DNA of 64,000 nucleotides from Pyrinomonadaceae bacterium (GTDB lineage Bacteria; Acidobacteriota; Blastocatellia; Pyrinomonadales; Pyrinomonadaceae): NCBI GenBank assembly GCA_044867025.1, contig JBIOUJ010000262.1, positions 717 to 64,716 of the forward strand, read 5' to 3'. Shown piece by piece: positions 61,801 to 64,000 of this stretch (position 1 is its first letter; each line of letters starts with the position of its first letter). The notes under the pieces were generated by a model. It saw only the letters and a program-made list of their open reading frames with translations, ran no database searches and was not told where the DNA came from. The position numbers and the translations under genes were made by a program.

Positions 61801-63455
61801 TCTTCGGAGATGATGATGTCGGCGTGGCCGTCACCCGTGAGATCCACAAACTTGACGTTAGGATCCTCCCACGCAATGTCCGGAATAGATTTGAACGGCG
61901 CGAATTGCGACCAGTCACCATCTTGAGTGCGCTCGTAATAACCGGAGAGAGGTTGCTTGAACTGAACGAGATCGAGCTGTCCGTCGCCCGCGAGATCCAG
62001 GAACTGTCCGGTACTGAGCGAAGGTTGTGCGGCCACTAATTCCACAGGCGCGAAACGTGCGACGACTGTCTCCTTCCCGTTATCGTGTTGAATGTTGATG
62101 GGACTTAGGTTGCGCTTGTAAAACCAGCCGTTTGCTTGCTGGGTCAGGATACCGGAGAGGCCTTCTCCGTCGAGATCCACCCATTGATAGAGCGAGCCTT
62201 CAAGCCCGAGTGGCAGGTTCTCGAGGCTTTCAGCATCAACTTCGCGAACCTCTTCCTGGATTACCGGCTGGCTGTACTCAAACTCGAGCGGCGGCATCGA
62301 TTTCTTTAGATAACCGCCGGTCGTGCGCTTGTAGCCGCTCTGCGTGATGGATTGAATGAACGAGGCGACGGGGTGACCTCGCTTCAGGTCGTCTGGATTA
62401 TTGCGCGTGTTGCGATAGACAAAGTCTGTTGAGCGCACCAGACAGTCAGCGCCGACATCGTCCTCATCCGGGAAATGATGAAACATCAAGACTCGCTGGC
62501 ATAGACGATACGTGCGGACTTCAAAGCCGGCCCGGTGCACTGAAAACGGATCATTGCGACATAACCACGCACCAGCGTCGTTCGGTTCAGGCGCCTCCGA
62601 GTCGTGTTCTCCGTAATCAAAGACGACTTCAAACATCCATTCCGCATCAGACAGGCTCGGCTCCATCAATCGCGAGACGCGGTTTCCATATCTGATGTGC
62701 TTCAGATATCGGTTGACCGAACGTCCCGTGTCTGTGCGATTTTTCTCGCTGGCCTGCGACAGTTCAACACCCTTTGAGTTTTCGGACTCGTACTCGTAGA
62801 CGATCGCGTTTCCTTTATCGTCGTAGCTTTCACTGATCAACCAACTGAATATGCGCGCATCTGAATCGGCCGGATCGGCGATTCTCGAGTTATCAGTCTT
62901 GCCATAGGTCGTGGTGATGTTGTCTTTTGTGATGGAACGCCAGTGGATCACACCAGTCTTGATATTGGTCCAACGTTCGATGCGTGCGAACAACCCTTCA
63001 ATTCGAGGCTGGTAGGGCTGAACCTTATAAACTGTCTCTCCGATTGTTCGATCGACCGGACTGCGATCCCACTTTCCTTCACTGTGAACCAACACCGGCA
63101 CGAGGTCTTCGCTGCCGGAAAGAATAAAGACGTCTGATTCTTCATCATCGCGATATTGCGGCAGGCCCTTATCCGTTTTGCGTGTGATCGAAGGAAGAGA
63201 AAGAGACCAGCCGAAGCCGAAAATGCCATTCCCGGAGCCTGAGTCGTAGGAAAGGGAGAGTTGCGGACCAAATTCCGATCGTGCAGGCGAGACGGAGAGT
63301 GGAACGTTTAGAGAACCGGTGCCCGTTACCGGATTCGCCGCGAACTTTTCTCCGATACCGCGCACCGCTCCTCCGCCTTTCGGAAGAGATATAGCGGGTG
63401 GGCTGGAGATCTTGGCTTCATCGGAATGCAATGGTGTTTGGGCCGGCTTGCTCAT
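55872..63455 (-). CDS. Fused Tc toxin TcB-TcC subunit (SpvB N-domain, FG-GAP/VCBS propeller, RHS cocoon, RHS core, C-terminal hypervariable cargo), 2,527 aa
   Basis: The N-terminus reads SLPKGGGAVRGIGEKFAANPVTGTGSLNVPLSVSPARSEFGPQLSLSYDSGSGNGIFGFGWSL (SpvB/TcB type). Six DxDGxGxxD(L/I) propeller motifs are present. There are many YDxxGN RHS repeats. The RHS core reads YHSARYYTPWLGRWTTVDPAGTESDINLFQHARSNPIMNVDPSGM. The gene ends 13 nt upstream of the TcA start. Confidence 0.9.
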   Translation of the reverse strand: MSKPAQTPLHSDEAKISSPPAISLPKGGGAVRGIGEKFAANPVTGTGSLNVPLSVSPARSEFGPQLSLSYDSGSGNGIFGFGWSLSLPSITRKTDKGLPQYRDDEESDVFILSGSEDLVPVLVHSEGKWDRSPVDRTIGETVYKVQPYQPRIEGLFARIERWTNIKTGVIHWRSITKDNITTTYGKTDNSRIADPADSDARIFSWLISESYDDKGNAIVYEYESENSKGVELSQASEKNRTDTGRSVNRYLKHIRYGNRVSRLMEPSLSDAEWMFEVVFDYGEHDSEAPEPNDAGAWLCRNDPFSVHRAGFEVRTYRLCQRVLMFHHFPDEDDVGADCLVRSTDFVYRNTRNNPDDLKRGHPVASFIQSITQSGYKRTTGGYLKKSMPPLEFEYSQPVIQEEVREVDAESLENLPLGLEGSLYQWVDLDGEGLSGILTQQANGWFYKRNLSPINIQHDNGKETVVARFAPVELVAAQPSLSTGQFLDLAGDGQLDLVQFKQPLSGYYERTQDGDWSQFAPFKSIPDIAWEDPNVKFVDLTGDGHADIIISEDNVFTWYPSLAEEGFGAAERVYQTLDEEKGPRLVFADGTESIYLSDMTGDGLTDLVRVRNTEVCYWPNLGYGRFGPRVSMNNAPLFDRPELFDQRRIRLADIDGSGVTDIIYLGASGVQIFFNESGNGWSDVQTLNGFPQIDNLSPVQVVDLLGNGTACLVWSSSLRGDARQPMRYIDLMGGQKPHLLVKTVNNLGAETIVQYAPSTRFYLEDKQQRKPWVTRLSFPVHCVERVETYDRVSGNRFVSRYKYHHGYFDGAEREFRGFGMVEQWDTEEIGSVSDDESSAAATNLDAASFVPPIHTRTWFHTGAYLGRDGVSNYFAGLIDGQDIGEYYREPGWEDEDAKKFLLADTVLPDGLTPDEEREACRALKGVMLRQEIYGLDGTDKAQHPYTVTEQNFSIERLQPRAVNRHAVFFTHARESLSYQYERNPDHPRIGHALTLEVDKYGNVLKSVAIGYGRELSPLDEQTKTLIIYTENSVTNAIDDPDDYRAPLPSEIRSYELHADPVTKGFTPTGENGFFQFSDFVKKVGDELKLIEPESGPAEIQYEESLTKEKTRRLIECVRKVYRSNDLSGLLPPGDLHSLALPGQSYKLAFTPGLLTKVYQREVGVAQQVENLLPDPAQVLSGNENDRGGYVDLDADGHWWIPSGQVFYSATAATAAVELTEAQQHFFLPRKFTDPFDHSSTIDYDAHDLLVVKTEDAAQNTTIAVHDYRVLQPRQMTDANDNQSEVQFDALGMVVGTAVMGKAAGPVEGDSFDTFTTDLTPEEVKDYFDAVDPRALAINHLGTATTRIIYDLDRIPASAASIARETHVSDLDPGAETKVQLSFVYSDGFGREVQTKIQAEPGPLPEPRWVGTGAKIYNNKGKPVRQYEPFFSASHHFGIEQHGVSSTLFYDPTERVVATLHPNHTWEKVVFDPWQQAIYDVNDTVQDAGGSTDPKSDEDVKGFFSRLPDADYLPTWYEKRIALAANHPEHVAANKAAVHRQTPTVIHLDTLGRAFLTIAHNRFERNVIVEEKYATRVALDIEGNEREVRDALERIVMRYDYDMLGNRIHQSSMEAGERWMLNDVAAKPIRAWDSREFSRRITYDELRRPIEVFVTENNVERLAERTVYGESQGAGNNHRARVFQVFDAAGVVTSEAYDFKGNVLYSKRDLLSDYKGDVNWQQNPNANDGTFTSSTTFDALNRATSVTAPDNSIYRPTYNEANFLDKVEVNLRGVNVNGDPVWTPFVTNIDYNAKGQRTLIHYANGAETTYEYDDRTFRLVHLKTTRLPGQNGVSSQIFKTAATVQDLHYTYDPAGNITRIADDALPVVVHDNQQVAPVSEYSYDAIYRLIEASGREHINQATFDSSGNFRDYPFAGLGANPNDLQALRNYTEEYEYDAVGNFEKLVHKAGTNGNWTREYAYDEPSLIETSKQSNRLSSTSIGQMVENYSHDAHGNMTSMPHLTMMQWDFEDQLRATSRQAVNSGTPETTFYVYDISGQRVRKVTERQNETRKDERIYLGGFEVYREYNGNGATVTLERETLHVMDDEQRIALVETKTIEDGNPIITPASLQRYQLSNHLGSASPELDHDGGLISYEEYHPYGTTAYQALNNAGEVSLKRYRYTGKERDEETGLCYHSARYYTPWLGRWTTVDPAGTESDINLFQHARSNPIMNVDPSGMTVDPALFINNPNADPSVIGGSTQYISNTTGKVHSISELPLTFEPSSAAPGPKAPSPKTAPAPKAPSPQTAPAPKAPPVSPPPAWLLDYMKKQSPEAKSTSLDEAARLAGKINSPNAEPDLNGVSGGIPGGTGDPKNASLLGQIAYVVLAIVSVVMIAKALWQIGKAVVGAIIGAAKSVIGRITADRLLAQAAKEAAEELPSSGVGAGLGGSLPPPSSGGSIPPPSPGGSTSPSVPSHKSPIGFRRPGDPEVSGPRWQDPIDDRPPVGFRRPGDPEWTGTRTISPSPKRVGFELPEEPEPPTLRVPRKIKK
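55875..56804 (-). other. Hypervariable region (predicted encapsulated cargo) of TcB-TcC, 310 aa, with no recognisable enzymatic motif
   Basis: This is the sequence after the DPSGM core end. It contains proline-rich repeats (APKAPSPKTAP, APKAPSPQTAP), a hydrophobic stretch (LLGQIAYVVLAIVSVVMIAKALWQIGKAVVGAIIGAAKSVIG, nt 56265-56390), PPPSSGGSIPPPSPGG, and tandem PIGFRRPGDPE / PVGFRRPGDPE / VGFELPEEPE motifs. Confidence 0.7.
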
Positions 63456-63646
63456 CGGCTTATTGCTCGGTGTTGAGGTAGTTGTCTGAGAGAAAGTCTG
63501 CCCTTGCCGCTTACAGCAGTGCGTGACGGCGCCACTGGTATTGCGAGGTAAATTGATTGCTCTCTAGAAAGCCTTTACTTACGTTTCAACGGGTGATCGT
63601 TATCGAAAAGGTTGTCAATGAGAATTTTTTATTACGATGCGCGCCC

Positions 63647-63675
63647 TTAATATAACTTCGTAGAATTAATGTCAA
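63647..63675 (-). promoter_or_regulatory. Candidate sigma70-type promoter of the Tc operon
   Basis: On the minus strand: TTGACA (63675-63670), a 17-nt spacer, then TATTAA (63652-63647). It lies in an AT-rich stretch about 190 nt upstream of the TcB-TcC ATG. Confidence 0.35.
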
Positions 63676-63705
63676 GCAGTTTGCCGGCAGGTACTGTTTG
63701 ATTCT

Positions 63706-64000
63706 GAACGCCGAAGGCGTTGGCTAATTCCAGCCCAGGGTTGGAGCGGGAGCGATAACCCTGGGAATATCGCAGGTTTATTTTGAACGCCGAAGGCGTT
63801 GGCTAATTCCCGCCCAGGGTTGGAGCGGGAGCGATAACCCTGGGAATATCGCAGGGTTTATTTTGAACGCCGAAGGCGTTGGCTAATTCCAGCCCAGGGT
63901 TGGAGCGGGGAGCGACAACCCTGGGATATCGCGACCCCCATGCTTTCAACCCTGTAAGGGTTAATGTCGCACAGGCCTAACGCTTTCAGCGTTTGTTCTT
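63706..64000. repeat. Repeat family A: three tandem arm units (79-80 bp period) plus a core, running off the window end
   Basis: The units begin at 63706, 63785 and 63865 (gaacgccgaaggcgttggctaattccagcccagggttggagcgggagcgataaccctgggaatatcgcagg...). The core at 63925-64000 is the reverse complement of the core at about 3320-3400. Confidence 0.85.

Noticed and set aside
47957-62695. Numerous + strand ORFs inside the Tc genes (for example 58428-59612 at 394 aa, 50790-51542 at 250 aa, 54822-55343, and 55858-56238).
   Set aside because: All are antisense to the two giant, motif-rich Tc ORFs. Their compositions are R/S/L-rich shadows, and the repeats in 55858-56238 mirror the proline-rich HVR repeats.
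3253-64000. The idea that the oppositely oriented family A copies at 3.3 kb and 63.7 kb delimit one 60-kb composite mobile island.
   Set aside because: A third copy sits mid-window (26.3 kb). The intervening DNA contains ordinary housekeeping-type genes (DEAD-box helicase, RRM protein, glpD). No transposase or integrase, and no direct-repeat att sites, were seen. The elements look like dispersed REP/MITE copies.

Overview
This 64-kb window holds about 40 protein-coding genes from what looks like a soil-type Gram-negative bacterium. PT-linker exoproteins, BNR and RCC1 exoproteins and very dense structured intergenic repeats suggest Acidobacteriota, but that is a low-confidence inference with no rRNA or tRNA to support it. 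All family calls below come from motifs read by eye in the translations. No database search was run.

Gene content, left to right:
- A 3'-partial secreted HExxH-protease/RCC1 gene on the minus strand (1-3200). The ORF track misses it because it runs off the window.
- A TPR-like secreted protein.
- A 6-kb chaperone/usher-like surface-fibre locus with four paralogous small secreted subunits (5771-11800).
- A Phd/ParE toxin-antitoxin pair and an esterase.
- A roughly 1,200-aa WD40 / Roc-COR GTPase / zinc-ribbon / metallophosphoesterase fusion (14730-18344).
- Ordinary genes: GlsB-like, SDR, clan GH-A glycosidase, CPBP protease, AraC plus receiver, DEAD-box helicase, RRM protein, BNR exoprotein, histidine kinase, GGDEF-EAL, GNAT, an S8 protease with a GVAIGD hexapeptide tail, TlpA, ICMT-like and DoxX.
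- A CcoG/FixH-like four-gene cluster.
- A lipid-kinase / Tmk-like-kinase-methyltransferase / GlpD operon.
- A 16.7-kb Tc (ABC) toxin locus on the minus strand: a fused TcB-TcC (2,527 aa) followed by an oversized TcA (3,048 aa).

At least six families of palindromic or MITE-like repeats populate the intergenic DNA. One is a nested MITE-in-repeat insertion. Another is a 193-bp MITE with an 11-bp target duplication that split a TTGA-coupled gene pair. I saw no rRNA, tRNA, CRISPR, transposase or integrase.

Best candidates for something undescribed:
1. The WD40-Roc/COR-phosphoesterase protein, which has a sensor-switch-effector layout.
2. The 310-aa Tc cargo (hypervariable region), which has a glycine-zipper-like hydrophobic hairpin and proline-rich repeats but no enzyme motif.
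3. The non-canonical chaperone/usher-like fibre locus.
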